DNA from: Podarcis gaigeae
Lineage: Eukaryota
DNA: 64,000 nucleotides
Reading direction: 5' to 3' (one strand)
Assembly (NCBI GenBank): GCA_964106915.2
Contig: OZ066914.1
A program made the translations under genes and the position numbers. A model generated the notes under the pieces. It saw only the letters and a list, made by a program, of their open reading frames with translations, was not told the DNA's origin and did not search any database. Below, piece after piece: positions 13,945 to 26,454 of this stretch. Within the stretch, counting starts at the first letter, position 1. Each line of letters begins with the position of its first letter.

Positions 13945-14102
13945 NNNNNNNNNNNNNNNNNNNNNNNNNNNNNNNNNNNNNNNNNNNNNNNNNNNNNNNN
14001 NNNNNNNNNNNNNNNNNNNNNNNNNNNNNNNNNNNNNNNNNNNNNNNNNNNNNNNNNNNNNNNNNNNNNNNNNNNNNNNNNNNNNNNNNNNNNNNNNNNN
14101 CT
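13945..14102 (-). other. Probable host-gene exon hidden by N (13945-14100)
   Basis: Strong minus-strand acceptor tttcattctcatctcgcacctcag|AG ending 2 nt before the N run; donor not visible. A plus-strand reading is also possible. Confidence 0.45.
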
Positions 14103-15529
14103 CTGAGGTGCGAGATGAGAATGAAACCATTCCACAGACTAATATTACTGAGCTTTAGTAGCAGGTGGTATAGTTGATCAGCCAGGAACCTGTCATTTGG
14201 AGAATAGGCCAATATATCTGAGAGACATGAAAAGTCCTTCATTTCTCCACATTCCCCCCCCCCCCTTCTTCCCAACCAAGAATAAAAAATATCACAATTG
14301 TGAACTTTGACAACCATGTACCGTACATTTTCACAAGTTAGGCTCTTGTAAGTAAGAAGCAGAGCCGGGACAGTATTTGTTGTACCCAAATTGAAAGGTT
14401 GTAAAACTATAAAGATAACGAACAGTGAAATAAAGACAGTATTGTATATTCCAGGCACCCACTATGATTTGCAACAATTTCCTCTCCTGAAAAAGATCAC
14501 TTGTATTCCTTTTTTCTCTGCACCCAACATTATACGGGGAAACAATGAAATATACCATTGATTTACAAATCCCTAGCTAATATTTGGATATAGGTGGGTG
14601 AGGGGAAAGCAATCCTTGTCTAAGGCTGTAATCGTGTGCTTGCTTACCAGGGAGTAAGTCTCATTTAACTCAAAGGGACCTCCTTCTGAGTAGGCATGCA
14701 GAGTAGGATTGTGCTGTACTGTTTTAGAATTTTTACCATGGGTTTTCTCTGCAGGATAGCTCTGGATGTGGATATAAAAAGCTCGCCTTCTTATTTAACA
14801 GCAACATATTATTGAGGTAATACCAATATTATTTCACACTTTTAAGGAGTAGAGCACTGAAACTATGATTAATCACACACCTTGATAGCTATACTTGGTA
14901 TACTTAGTAAACTGTTTCCTACCCCCCCCCCCCGGTTTGGGTGTTTCAGACAGGTTGCTTCCAAATCAACCTAATTACGATCAGCCTAATTATGATTACC
15001 CTTGATGTTCATTAGCGTCTGCCACATTTGTCCCTCTCATGTGCATGATGAAGCAAGTTTCAAAGCACACTTTCTGGACTGGATGCCTGGCTGTGGACAA
15101 AAGGATCCTTTGCATGCCACCCTGAATAAATAGTCAGCATTAACGATTTTTTAACAGTGATGAACATGTGTTACCTGGGTAGATAAGAAAGGCGTGAATG
15201 AATCCCCACTCCCATCCATTCCTTCCTATATATTTTTGAACATGGTACCAGTGCTATAAAAGCTAACCACATGGCTTGGCTCAGTCAGATATGCAAATGC
15301 AGTTGATGCGCAACCCACACCAGTTTGACGTAAATGCCGTGCACATGCACCTATGAACAGTAGCCCATGTGTTGACTTGAGTAGGTGTCACAATACGCAG
15401 CATTGGTGTTTGGTAGCTTTGGGTACCCAACATGTGCTGAAGACAAGAATAACACCATGGGTTGATGTGCATGCTAGGCGTATGTCCCGGCTACCCCATG
15501 TTTGACACCAGTCTAAAGAGGGATTTATG

Positions 15530-16201
15530 CAAAGATGGGTGAAGCTGTCAATTTTGGTGTCTCTCATTTTCTCATTTTTCCGTAAGTTCTGCTCTCCACA
15601 TTTCCACATCAGTTTGTTGAGGGGGTGGGAATTAAACAAAGTCCTCACAAAAATTCATCAGCAGTTGTCCCCCTCGTGCGCATATACCCATTTTGGTAGG
15701 CAATTTTACCTAATACGTTGGTACCTCGGGTTACATATGCTTCAGGTTACAGACGCTTCAGATCACAGACTCTGCTAACCCAGAAATAGTACCTCAGGTT
15801 AAGAACTTTGCTTCCGGATGAGAACAGAAATCGCACACCGGTAGTGCATCAGCAGCAGGAGGCCCCATTAGCTAAAGTGGTGCTTCAGGTTAAGAACAGT
15901 TTCAGGTTAAGAACGGACCTCCAGAACGAATTAAGTACTTAGCCCGAGGTACCACTGTATACACATTTTTTCAAGGCAATTTTCCTTCCTATTAAGCATT
16001 CTCTGTGCTGTCTTCATTACTTTTACCCTAGTACTTGCATTTCGGCACACATTACTTGGCTGGAGAACTGGGTTGCAAAATTTGGAGAAGTGTGAATTTC
16101 AAAGGATGCCTGCACTTTGATTCGTGTATTGTTTCAGGAAGTGTGGATTAGATAATTTGCCTTTAAATGTGAACTGAATCAACTCCCACCCCCAGTCTCT
16201 A
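15530..16201 (-). mobile_element. hAT-Ac-like MITE hosting a Tigger-like MITE
   Basis: Reverse-complement similarity to 48019-48368 on both sides of 15716-15957; degenerate TSD gatttatg / gatgtata. Confidence 0.65.
15716..15957 (+). mobile_element. Tigger-like MITE, family A
   Basis: TA TSDs; TIRs (c)gttggtacctcggg ... cccgaggtaccactg; repeated ttcaggttaagaac motifs. Confidence 0.85.
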
Positions 16202-16410
16202 GATGTATATATAAGCATGGGCCTCCATGGGGACAGGAACTCCAATAAATGAGTGTTCCAGTCACGGAGGGTGCCCTACACATATAAAATGTCCTTCATT
16301 CTGTCAGTGAACACCCAGGTTGGATCTAGACACATCAAAAAAGTCTTTCAGGAAAATACATTGTAAACCTCATAGTGGGAAAACACGTTGGCAAAAAACT
16401 GAACTCCATA

Positions 16411-16424
16411 GCGCCATCTGGTGT
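16411..16424 (-). promoter_or_regulatory. CTCF core motif candidate
   Basis: Minus strand acaccagatggcgc vs consensus CCASYAGRKGGCRC (one mismatch). Confidence 0.4.
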
Positions 16425-17339
16425 CACAGTATATAACACATATAAAAGGGTTTTTTTTTTACTAATGTAGCTGAGTCCCCACTAGTTGGTGGCAAGCAGT
16501 TAGTGCCATATTTCTACTTGTTTGCATCTCAGGATGGAGCTAGCCTGTGCATTCTTGCTAGTCCCCTCATAAGGTACATGGGTACCGAAGGCCAAACTAG
16601 AGCTCATGTTCTTCACGAAGCTCATTTGAAATACTTTAACCTGTGCGTGCATCTCAGAAATCACTGGTTTCTGCACACACTCACAGAACACCCACACAAA
16701 TCTCTCTCTAATTTCCATTGAAAAGTTGATGGAACCAAATGGGCCCCGCTTTTTCGCACCCACGCACCTGCCCCCCACCCCCAATCCAATTCAGGAAAGC
16801 TGAATCTGCCCAAAATCCTGCTTTTTAATTTAACATTTTAAATTAAATCCATTTCAGATTAGGGAAAATTAGGTTTTTGTGCCGTAGCAAGTTCTTGCCT
16901 GTTATTATTAGCAAAGATATGCTTTAGTTTCAGAATAATGGTCGACAGTGGAGAGAAGACACACTCCATAAAATGAGCAAACAAAGTCTCCATATTTCTT
17001 TCCCACAAAAGTTGTACATTTAATGCTTGCATTCGACACCTGTCCTTTAACCTATCTTAAGGTGCAGGCATGTTGCAACTTAGCTCTCACAAAGGGTCTT
17101 TCAGATAGCAGCGTGCAGCAAGGCATAATACAGCAAGTAGATATGAAGATGGTGAGATAAAAAGAGAATAGTGTGGGGGCACTGCTCCATTTTGCTTTCA
17201 TTATACTTATCACCTGTACCAAGAGATGATAAGGAGAAGCTTCATTTTAATTATCAATTACTATGTTTGTCCATCAGCCACAAAGAACGGTGTCCCTGGG
17301 TAGGAGAGGTCCACCAGGTCAAATTTGGGTGCTGCTTAC

Positions 17340-17500
17340 GCCATGGCTACTTCTTATTAGTAGACACTAACAAGTTATTTGGACACACCATCTTTAATTC
17401 CCCGGAGTTCATTTTTGAGGAATCTTATTGATTTTTGCCACCAGCTGCTAACCCCCATAGGAAACCTAACCCACGATGCCTTCTTATTCCCCATAGGTAC
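17340..17500 (-). other. Candidate alternative first coding exon ending ATG-GC|gtaagc
   Basis: Minus strand gtaGCCATGGC|gtaagc: optimal Kozak ATG (17344-17342) with a canonical donor right after 17340; no recognisable repeat nearby; 5' boundary unknown. Confidence 0.4.
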
Positions 17501-17563
17501 GTCTGCGTTTGTTTTAAATAAAGTTATCCTGCTTGGCTTTGCTAGGTTGGTATGCAGTCAGTA

Positions 17564-17597
<34 letters not shown>

Positions 17598-17904
17598 AAT
17601 AAGCAAATTAAAATAGTGTTTCCCATTTGCTAATAACTGTGAGTCTAACCTACACTTGATCTGCAGCTCTCTCTTTCTCTCTTGTTTATATTTAGGGATC
17701 AGGCCTCTTTGAAAAAATTGAATTGGAATTAAGCAGCTTCCTTTGTTCTCGTTAAGCTATCACGGCTATACAGGGTGGTTGGTTTCTTTTCACGGCCACT
17801 CAGATTCCTGTTCTTTTTTTAAAAAGAAACAACAACTCACAGAAGGCTAAGTAGATAGCATATTGACAAATACATTAACGTTTATTGCTGCCATATGCCT
17901 TTGC

Positions 17905-18330
17905 TTAATTTGCCCCACACAAAGTGCATTGCAGTATTCCAACCTGGAGGTTACTGGTGAATCAGTGGTCAGAAACAGCCCCAGCTGTCTTACCAGCCAA
18001 AGCCAGTAAAAGGCACTCCTAGCCACAGGTCCCTTGGCTTCTAGTAGCAAAAATGGATACTGGAGACCCTCCAGACTATGAACCATCTGTTTCAGGGGGG
18101 GTGTATGACCCCAACCAAAGCAGGCAATTGACCAATGATCCAGACTCAGAAACCACGCACCCGTAGTACCTCATTTTGTCAGGATTCAGAGCCATTTTTC
18201 TTGGCCTTCATTCAGCCCACAACAGAGTCAAGGCACCGGTCCAGGGCTTGCTCAGCCACTCCTAATTCAGATGCTACAGAGAAATAGAGTTGGGTCATCA
18301 GCGTACTCATGACACCTCCTTCCCAAATCC
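17905..18330 (-). mobile_element. Decayed L2 LINE RT fragment (distal part)
   Basis: Peptide ARSAFYWLWLVRQL...VTSRLEYCNALCVG, typical of L2 ORF2. Confidence 0.75.
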
Positions 18331-18353
18331 CCTAATGGCTGCCCCCAACAGCT

Positions 18354-19205
18354 TCATATGAATTGTAGAGTTGGAATGGACCCCAAGGGTCACCTAGGCC
18401 AACCACCAGCAATGAAGGAATTTCAACTGGATCATACATGACAGATGGCCATCCGATCTCTGTTTTAAAACCCCCAATGAAGGAGAGTCCACCTCCTTCC
18501 AAAGGAGTCTGTTCCACAGTCAAACAGCTCTTACTATTAGAAGGTTATTCCTGATGTTTAATCAGAATCTCCTTCCTTGTTACTTGAGCCCATTGGTTCG
18601 GGTCCTAGCCTCTGGTGCAGGAGAAAACAAGCTTGTGTCATCCTCCATGTGATAGCTCTTTAGCAGTGCTTTTTCCCCCCAAGGAAAGAAAGGTGCCAGT
18701 ACTCACGGCAGCTCTTGCGCCTGCCCTGCCACACCATCACAAGCACTGCCAGCAAGGTGACCAGGGTGCACACAGCCAGCAGTGCATGGCAGAGAAGTGT
18801 GTCACATGCTGCACCACCCACTCTCTCATTCCTTGGAGAGCTGGAGTCTTGCACTCCAGCCAGCACCAGGGGGCGGCAGCAGCAGCCGGGCCCCATGGAG
18901 CTCTGCTCATGCCACAGTTCTCCATGTGGCTGAGCATCTCTTGAGGGAAAAGAAGAAGAAAAACACTACCCTTTAAATATTTGAAGATGGCTGCATTATC
19001 TCTTCTCGGTCTCCTCTTTACCAAGCTAAACATACCCATTTCTCTCAACTGTTCCTCAGGAGGCTTCATTTTCAGACCCTTGGTCACCTTGGTCACCCTC
19101 CTCTGCACACTTTCCAGCTTGTCAATAGCCTTCTTAAATTGTGCTTCACAGAACTGGATACAGTACTCCAGATGTGGTCTGACCAAGGCAGAATAGAGCA
19201 GGACT
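18354..19205 (-). mobile_element. CR1 LINE 3' fragment, interrupted by a hAT MITE
   Basis: Peptide [11 protein letters not shown]...[12 protein letters not shown]...IFKYLKG (CR1 ORF2 C-terminus); CR1-type 3' end near 18354-18400. Confidence 0.9.
18664..18968. mobile_element. hAT MITE nested in CR1
   Basis: Termini cagtgcttttt / aaaaacacta; degenerate TSD ctctttag / ccctttaa; CR1 homology resumes on both sides. Confidence 0.65.
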
Positions 19206-19209
19206 ACTC

Positions 19210-19900
19210 AATGACACCTTGCAGCCCAGCTGCCAGGCAGTCAAAAGGCAATCACCCAATGTTATCACGAAATGACCCTGGAGATATTATCAGATCCCAC
19301 GTAAAACACTAACCATCTCACTAAGTCAACTCAGAAGCGTACCATAGTCAAGGTTTTCAAAAGTTGGTGAGAGATCAAGTGAGAACAATAGGGCCATATT
19401 CCCCCTGTCATTCTCTTGATAAAAGTTATCCATCAGAGCAACCAAAGCCATTTTAGCCAGATAGCCAGTCCTGGACCCAGACTGAAATGGGTCAAGATAA
19501 AATTTGTGACTGGGTGGCAGTTGTCACAAACTAATGGTTCTAGGCTGGGCATTTTCAGGATAGAGTGGATCACCAGCTCTTCAGGGTGGCTGGGACCGGT
19601 TGCTCCCACAAGAAAGCATTGACCACACCTTGAATCCATTCAGTCATACCCTCTTGACCAGCCTTGAGAAGTCAAGAGGGGCAAGGATCCAAGAAAAAAT
19701 GTCACTGGCCACATTGTCACAAAACATCTATTCCATGTCATCAGGCCACACCAACAGAAACCGATCCCAAGATGTTGCAGCAGACATTGCACTAGACACC
19801 TCATTGGAGACTGCTGTGGATGTGATGCTATGGAGGTGAGCAACTTCACCCTCAAAATGCCTTGAAAACAATTTCAGTGAACTTCCATACTCCACTGGGT
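19210..19900 (-). mobile_element. Decayed L2 LINE RT fragment (proximal part)
   Basis: Peptide LDPFQSGSRTGYLAKMALVALMDN...DRGNMALLFSLDLSPTFE, a degenerate L2 RT motif region. Confidence 0.75.
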
Positions 19901-21385
19901 GACCAATAGAGGTCACTCACTGGGACCACCATTCCCTAGGTGGGTGGTTCCAGTGGGTGACCTCTATTGCCGCATCCTCGCTTCCATTTGTTCCTTCTAC
20001 AAGCAGTTTTGTGCCAGGCCTGTAATAAGGCAAAAAAATGCCTGGGGCTTAGTCCTCTGAATGGAGGTGGGTTATGCATGTGACAATATTTGGATTTATC
20101 CACACTTGCTCTAGTCCCACTGCTTTCCCCTAGGGAAAACTGCTCTTTAGCAATCAGTTGATTTCCCCTGGATTGCCATTTGTTCTGTTGTATTGCTAAA
20201 GAGTGTGCAAAACCACTTGGACCCGTTCTTTCTAAGCACCACACAAGCAGAAGTGTGGACGAGCCCGTTCTGTAAACTAATTCTTCTCTCAGTCTTCTCC
20301 AGCTGACTTTCATCTTCAACTTAAAGGTGTTCCTAAGAGGAATAGTTTGGGACATCTCTCTCTCTCTCTTTTCTCTTCCAAACTACTCCAAGAATCTACC
20401 ACAACAACAGGAAGCCCCTGGGCATGGAACTATTGAATAGAATTATTATTTTTTTAAAGCAGGAAGAAGCAAACACTTGCTGCCTCTTGCTTCTCCATCC
20501 CCACAAACCTCTGTGATGCTGGAGGAGACTATTGGAGAGGTTTGGAAAAACAGCAAGAAGAGGTTCAGAGTCAATTGATTCCCTTCCCTCTCAGCAACAC
20601 AATTGGATGCCAAAATGCTTTGAGCCAAAGTTGGATATCAGTTGGAGAAGGCCTTGGAGAGAGGAATTGTCTTAATTTACTGGAAGCTCAGTATGCACCC
20701 AACTCAGTTATAAGCAGCCCCCAACGGTTTTTTTCTTTTTTCTTTGTTTTTTTATGATTACAGACATTGTGCAATTCAATTAAATCAAAACCGTACAGAA
20801 TTGAATTATCTTTAAAAGTAAGAAGCAAACTACAGTTTAGGCCAGTAAACCAAGGCAGGTAGGGAGTGATTATGGGAAGGGTAAAAAAACCACCAACAAC
20901 ATACCCAAGTTCTTTTCTGCCAAGCTCTGCCCAGTATTGTGGACGGCAAGCAGCAGAACATAGTCTGCTGATGGCCTTGTCTTCTGAAAAACAAGAGATT
21001 GGTGTGTTCAATTTTTTTTTAACGTTAAAATATTTTACACCTAGGACTCGAAACCTGCACGCCCACAGAAATAATTTCAAAAATGGATCCTTAAGACAAT
21101 GTTAATGAACTGAATTTAAATTTATGATTTTGACCTAGCGTAGTTGGCAAGACTTCAAACATTTTTAAAGACAGTGATTATAATTATTTCAATAATAAAA
21201 GCTAATGTGGTAGTATAAGAATATTTGAAACTAAAACGTAACTGTGTTGAGATAAGAGAGGCTTCCAAGGTCTTGAAAAGTATTAAAAACATTGACCACA
21301 ATCCAGCCCCAGGTCAGGTTATTATTCGTTTTATTGGTTTCATTATTGCTTAATCGTTTCCTTGGGAAATGGCCATGATCTAACC

Positions 21386-21522
21386 CAGGCTTTCTCAAAC
21401 TCGGCCCTCCAGATGTTTTGAGACTACAATTCCCATCATCCCTGACCACTGGTCCGGCTAGCTAGGGTTCATGGGAGTTGTAGGCCAAAACATCTGGAGT
21501 GGCCCGAGTTTGAGGAAGCCTG
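21386..21522. mobile_element. Palindromic hAT-Charlie-like MITE (137 bp)
   Basis: Perfect TSD atctaacc (21378-21385, 21523-21530); long imperfect TIRs; gggagttgtag core motif. Confidence 0.9.
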
Positions 21523-21820
21523 ATCTAACCCTTCCACACATGGACAGCAATGCACGCCAGTTCTAAATATGGAGGGCCAGAGGGAAGCCACTGAGCAGGC
21601 CTGCTCCAAGACATTTTGCTGCCTGGAGTTTAGGACAATATGCCACCCTCTCCATCCTACAGAAACCAACTGGACTGGAGGGTGGCTTACTTCAACCCCC
21701 AGCTATGGGACAGAGTTCTCCACCACACCTTGAGGACAGCAGGCTAGTTTAATGGGCACAAAGCAGGTGCACAGCTCCATTTTCTAGCAGAAGGGGACTC
21801 AGGAGGCATGGTGGGTGGAG

Positions 21821-22197
21821 CAGGGGTGAAGGAAGGAGAACAGGCACCTGGTGCAGAGTGTCGGAGGGTGGTGCAAACCGCCCGGTGACGCATGCGCGTA
21901 TGTACGGCACGTGCAGCACCGCTACGTAGGGTGCATGTGCAGCATCGTCCATAGTTCCACTGTGCATGCGTCACTGGGCAGTTTGCCGACGGCACCACTG
22001 GAGCACCGTATGGACCGTGGCAGAGGGTGCAGCCACAAGCGGAGAATCCTCTGCACACAGCTGCACGATGGTGGCGGCTCACACCACCACGCCCGGAGGC
22101 AGAGGGGCGAGCCCCCTGCAGGCTGCCATCTTGTAACCCCCCACAGAGATGGCACTTGGGGTGGGCCGACCACCCGCCCCCCCTTCCTCCGCCACTG
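21821..22197. mobile_element. GC/CpG-rich hAT (Tip100-like) MITE (377 bp)
   Basis: Perfect TSD gggtggag (21813-21820, 22198-22205); CAG...CTG termini; internal inverted repeat. Confidence 0.85.
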
Positions 22198-22949
22198 GGG
22201 TGGAGTACTGCTGCTGCCACTCCACACACACCAGAGCCTGCCACCTGATACACCAAACTCATTATTGTCCAATGGTAGGGCTGGCCCTTACGCTGAACAA
22301 AGGATGGCTAAAGAGCAAGGAGGAGAAGTGAGAGCATGGACTGGCCTTGGTTATTCTCCTTCCTACCAATTGCCTCTCAAGAGTCCCTTCCTTGAGCACA
22401 TCTAGTTACGCAAGTGCACACTAGAAGTTACTCCGGCTACTAATCAGTCCAGCCACAGGCGTATGCCAGCATGTAGCTTGTTGCCCCCCCCCCCCCCGAT
22501 TGAGCAAATTCTTCTACCTGTGAAGAGGCAGAATTCTTGCCATTTCCACTGCAACAATTGGCTACTCTTGAAGCCAGCAAGATGGTGGTTTTTATAACCT
22601 GAGCTCAAGTCCTCTTGTGCCATCATTAGAGATGGGGGATAAATTCAATTCAGTTTGCATTTAAAGGCGTACTTATCCAGTTCACACTCTCCTACCCTGC
22701 CCTGCCCTGCCATCAAAGAAAAAGGCTAACTGAAACACAGTCATCCTTCAACATTTTCATTTTTCTGAATTTTGTCATGCTGTTCTCCCTTCAGTTTATG
22801 TGTACAAAATATCATATACTGGGTTAAAGTGTGCATATAAATGCACATGGTAGTGTTCTGTATTTTGTTGAATTCTCTGAAATTCAAGAGAAAGTGCACA
22901 GTAAGACACTACTGCCATCATGGAATATCTATGGGGAATCAATGGGAAA

Positions 22950-23135
22950 GGTCTGGGGATCAATGGTTAGAGTACGCATAGAAGGTCCTGGTTTAAATTC
23001 CTTGCATCTCCGCTTAGGGCTGAGAAAGACCCCCATCCTGCATGGAAACCCTTAAGGACTGCTGCCACTTAGTATTGACAATATGGAGCTAGATGGACTA
23101 GTTGTTTGAATCTGCATAAGGCAATTTCTTGTGGC
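22950..23135 (+). mobile_element. Old tRNA-derived SINE (Squam2-like), degenerate
   Basis: Degenerate A/B boxes followed by ctgctgcca..agt..gacaata..gagctagatggac; fragments also at about 8575-8640 (-), 10355-10480 and 32130-32200. Family name uncertain. Confidence 0.55.
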
Positions 23136-25093
23136 CATATGCTTAGCTGCAATTACTGTGAGTTGATTTCAAGATGCCCATTCTTGCCTCTCAGTGAGAG
23201 TTCCAGTGACCTACATAATCTCTCCTAACAAACCGGTGCTTTCAATATCACCTGCAACAGATTTCCAATTAATAGTAAATAGATAGGAGCTTCAGTAGGT
23301 TTCTTCAAAACAAAACAAAACAAAAAACACACAAGCTCCCTGCTTCCAGATCTCAGCACAGCATCCAGAACAAAGCACAGCAAACTGACAAAGTCTTGCT
23401 GAAGTGTCTCACTCTTGTGCTGAAATGCATTTATTGGCCGATGATGGGAGACTCAGGCCCTTGTTTCTCCATGCCCACATTCACTCCAAGCTGATAATAA
23501 AACTAATCACGACTTGGAAATAATGTGGTTGTGCAAACCGGTCAATTTCCTAGTGGTTTCACACACTTAGGTTATCAAAGGCAATTGCCTTCAGGTGTAC
23601 CGTCACTCTTTATTATCACCACTCTGTGTTTCGGTTCCTGCAAGCATGTACGGAAGAGACCAAGTTGTCCACTTGCGTAAGCACGGAAAATTGCCTGTTC
23701 ACAAACCAAAGCAGCACAACCCAGCTTTCTGTGTGCACAACCAGATTCTAAATGTGCTCCCATCTCAAACCCCTTTCCCCCTACTCAGTTCCTTCTTATG
23801 CTTCCCCACCCTCCTGTTCCTCAAGGTATAACACACTATATAAAAATAATGATTAAGAAAAGCTCTTCCTGCTCATTGCCTGGTCCTCAGAACAGAGGCA
23901 TCAGAACAATACCCTGCTCCCCCTACCTTGATCTTCATATATGCTTCATCCTACCCCCTTCATGACAATGACACCAAACATGAAAAGCGAGCAGAAAGAG
24001 AATGAAAAAGAAGCAGTAGCAGCAAGCACACTGAGGACTCTAACAATGGTGCAGAGATTGTTAAAACTGACAAACTGGAGAGTGCTTTCTACAGGCAATA
24101 CAACAAGTATCTCAGTTGGTTACCGATGTTAAGCTTCAGCTGATCAGTAGAGGGAGGGGGAGAGAGAGAAGTGCAGGTTCTAAAAAAGAAAATAAAAACC
24201 TGGTGGTTTTTTGTTAAAAAAAAGAAGAAGAATAAAAGAAAAAGGGAAGAGAAAGAGAAAGCCATTGCTGAACTGCTAGATCTTCTCTTTAATTTCGCCC
24301 AAGTGTCCTCCCATTCATAAGTGGAGGGCTATCAACACTTGCCTTGTTTTATCAAGGAAGAACTCATTGTTTCGAGATATATGGAGGGTTTTCCTTCTTT
24401 TTCTAGCTCTGTGCAAAATCTCCTGCGTTGGGCTTGGTCATTGTCTAAGCGCCTCTCCCTCCTTCGCACTGCAAGATGCTGAGACTGGGAAAAGAGCACA
24501 AACAGCATCCAGCCAATCAAATTATAGAACAATGAGAAGGTCAAGTAGCATCCCATATTGCTATCCTTCATGGAATACATTGAAGGAGGTTTCTTCTTCT
24601 TCTTCTTCTTCTTTTTTTAAGGTAGAAATTTAACCCCTAGCTCTAGCTGCTTTACTCATGGTCCTTGTTAGTCGGATAAAATAGAGCAGGATGTCCCGCT
24701 AAGCTAAAGCAAGCAGGAGAGTAGAAAACTCTAAGAGATAGCAGGTTACAATTAAATATACTGCTTTGCCTCCCTTATTCTGCCTTCCAATGGCAAAGGG
24801 AGAGAGAAAAAGTTGCCAGTAAGAAGGGCACTGATGTGTCTTTTTTATTATTATTGGAAGAAATGAACTACAGTTTCGATCTCACTAGGGGTTTCTGTGG
24901 TAAATGGAGCTTTTCTTCCTTTAGGTTTATTTTAGTTCTCCAACTGGCAAGGTGTTAGAACATGAAGGCACCTTCTATTATACCCAAAGCAAGGCAGGGA
25001 TTCCTTTATGATGGCTTCTCCTTGCAGTTAAAGGAGGGGGGGGGATTAAAGTGCATGCAAGGAAGTAGAGGACATATCTTAATAATATTCATA

Positions 25094-25457
25094 AAAGGTA
25101 AAGGTAAAGGTACCCCTGCCCATACGGGCCAGTCTTGACAGACTCTGGGGTTGTGCGCCCATCTCACTTAAGAGGCCAGGGGCCAGCGCTGTCCGGAGAC
25201 ACTTCCGGGTCACGTGGCCAGCGTGACATCGCTGCTCTGGCGAGCCAGAGCTGCACACGGAAACGCCGTTTACCTTCCCGCTAGAAAGCGGTCCCTATTT
25301 ATCTACTTGCACCCGGAGGTGCTTTCGAACTGCTAGGTTGGCAGGCGCTGGGACCGAGCAGCGGGAGCGCACCCCGCCGCAGGGATTCGAACCGCCGACC
25401 TTTCGATCGGCAAGTCCTAGGCGCTGAGGCTTTAACCCACAGCGCCACCTGCGTCCC
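25094..25457 (-). mobile_element. Sauria SINE (tRNA-derived), full length, young
   Basis: Minus strand starts gggacgcaggtggcgctgtgggttaaa (A box) with ggttcgaatccc (B box); (ACCTTT)n tail; many intact CpGs; near-TSD aataatattcata (25081-25093) vs aataataatcata (25461-25473). Confidence 0.9.
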
Positions 25458-26454
25458 AATAATAATAATCATACTTCCATTCAAAATCTAGGTGTGTGTG
25501 GACACATGCCTTGCAATTATATCAATGCGGTGCCCAATAAACAGCACATACTGTAGATGTGTGTTTAATATACTGTATTTGCAAAGTTTTGATTGCAAAC
25601 TAGGCAGTCAAAATGAAATTAAGCTGTATAATGTTTTAATTACATTGGCACAACATACCGCAACAGGCGCTGTAACTCTCCAACAGTTTGACTTCACCCC
25701 CCAAAGGTGCCCTCTTCCATTGTCTCCCGAGGCGGACCAACGCCAGCAATGTACCTTACCAGTTTTCATAATTTTCAAATGTTATGAGACATATTAATCT
25801 ATTTAAAGGAGAACCAGTCTGGTTTGGGTTACACGCAGTAATTGTAATAATTCTTGTCCCTAACATGGCTAAAGTGCTTTAGAATGTTTGTTGTTTAGTT
25901 ATGCCTTACATTTATATACCGCTTCATACCAAGGTTTCTTCTGTTCATATGTACCATCTCAAAATCCTCATTGCAACCATTTAAAGCTGGCAGTTGTCCT
26001 TCTTGTCACACTGCAGTCGGTGGGGATAAAACTGAGCAACAGGGTGTGCTGAGGAGTAGAACTACACAGTGGATTGGATTGTGAGTTGCCCTTCCACAAA
26101 GAGCAGGGGTCCTTTGTGCATGGAAGGGGCTCCAGTCAGCATTTGAAACTCACATGGTGCATTTTGCAACAGCCTATCGGCCACTTGCGACCAAGTGTAC
26201 ATGCCCAGGTGCCAGGATAGCGCCTGATGTCTCCACCATTTGGAGCTGCATGCCTAGAGATCTTGACTGTATTCACCCACTAGCACCACATCCTGTAGAA
26301 TTCTATCTATTGTATTTTATCTGCACAACCAGATTGAATTTCAGGAACCAGAAAGTCATATTGAAAAATACAACTTTAGAGCTGTCTGGCCCAAGGCATT
26401 CCATTTTGGCAACTGTAACCCTGGTTTAAGGAGCCATTTGATGCCTAGCTTATA

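Noticed and set aside
7376-14102. Naming the host gene (HOMER-like or FGF13-like exon sizes were considered)
   Set aside because: Coding bases are hidden, and the visible first-exon sequence and donor positions do not fit; no symbol can be supported.
14102-14158. Plus-strand C-terminus SEVRDENETIPQTNITEL* with a PDZ-like end
   Set aside because: I cannot match it to a known protein, and the same bases form a strong minus-strand pyrimidine tract and acceptor; unresolved until the Ns are filled.
14755-14816. Plus-strand 62-nt exon-like segment (ctgcag|...gag|gtaata); a similar one at about 47097-47215
   Set aside because: No recognisable peptide; such site pairs occur by chance in 64 kb, though lncRNA exons are not excluded.
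21744-22405. Cluster of 60-184 aa overlapping ORFs / apparent CpG-island promoter
   Set aside because: Centred on a GC-rich MITE with a TSD; stop-codon scarcity explains the ORFs.
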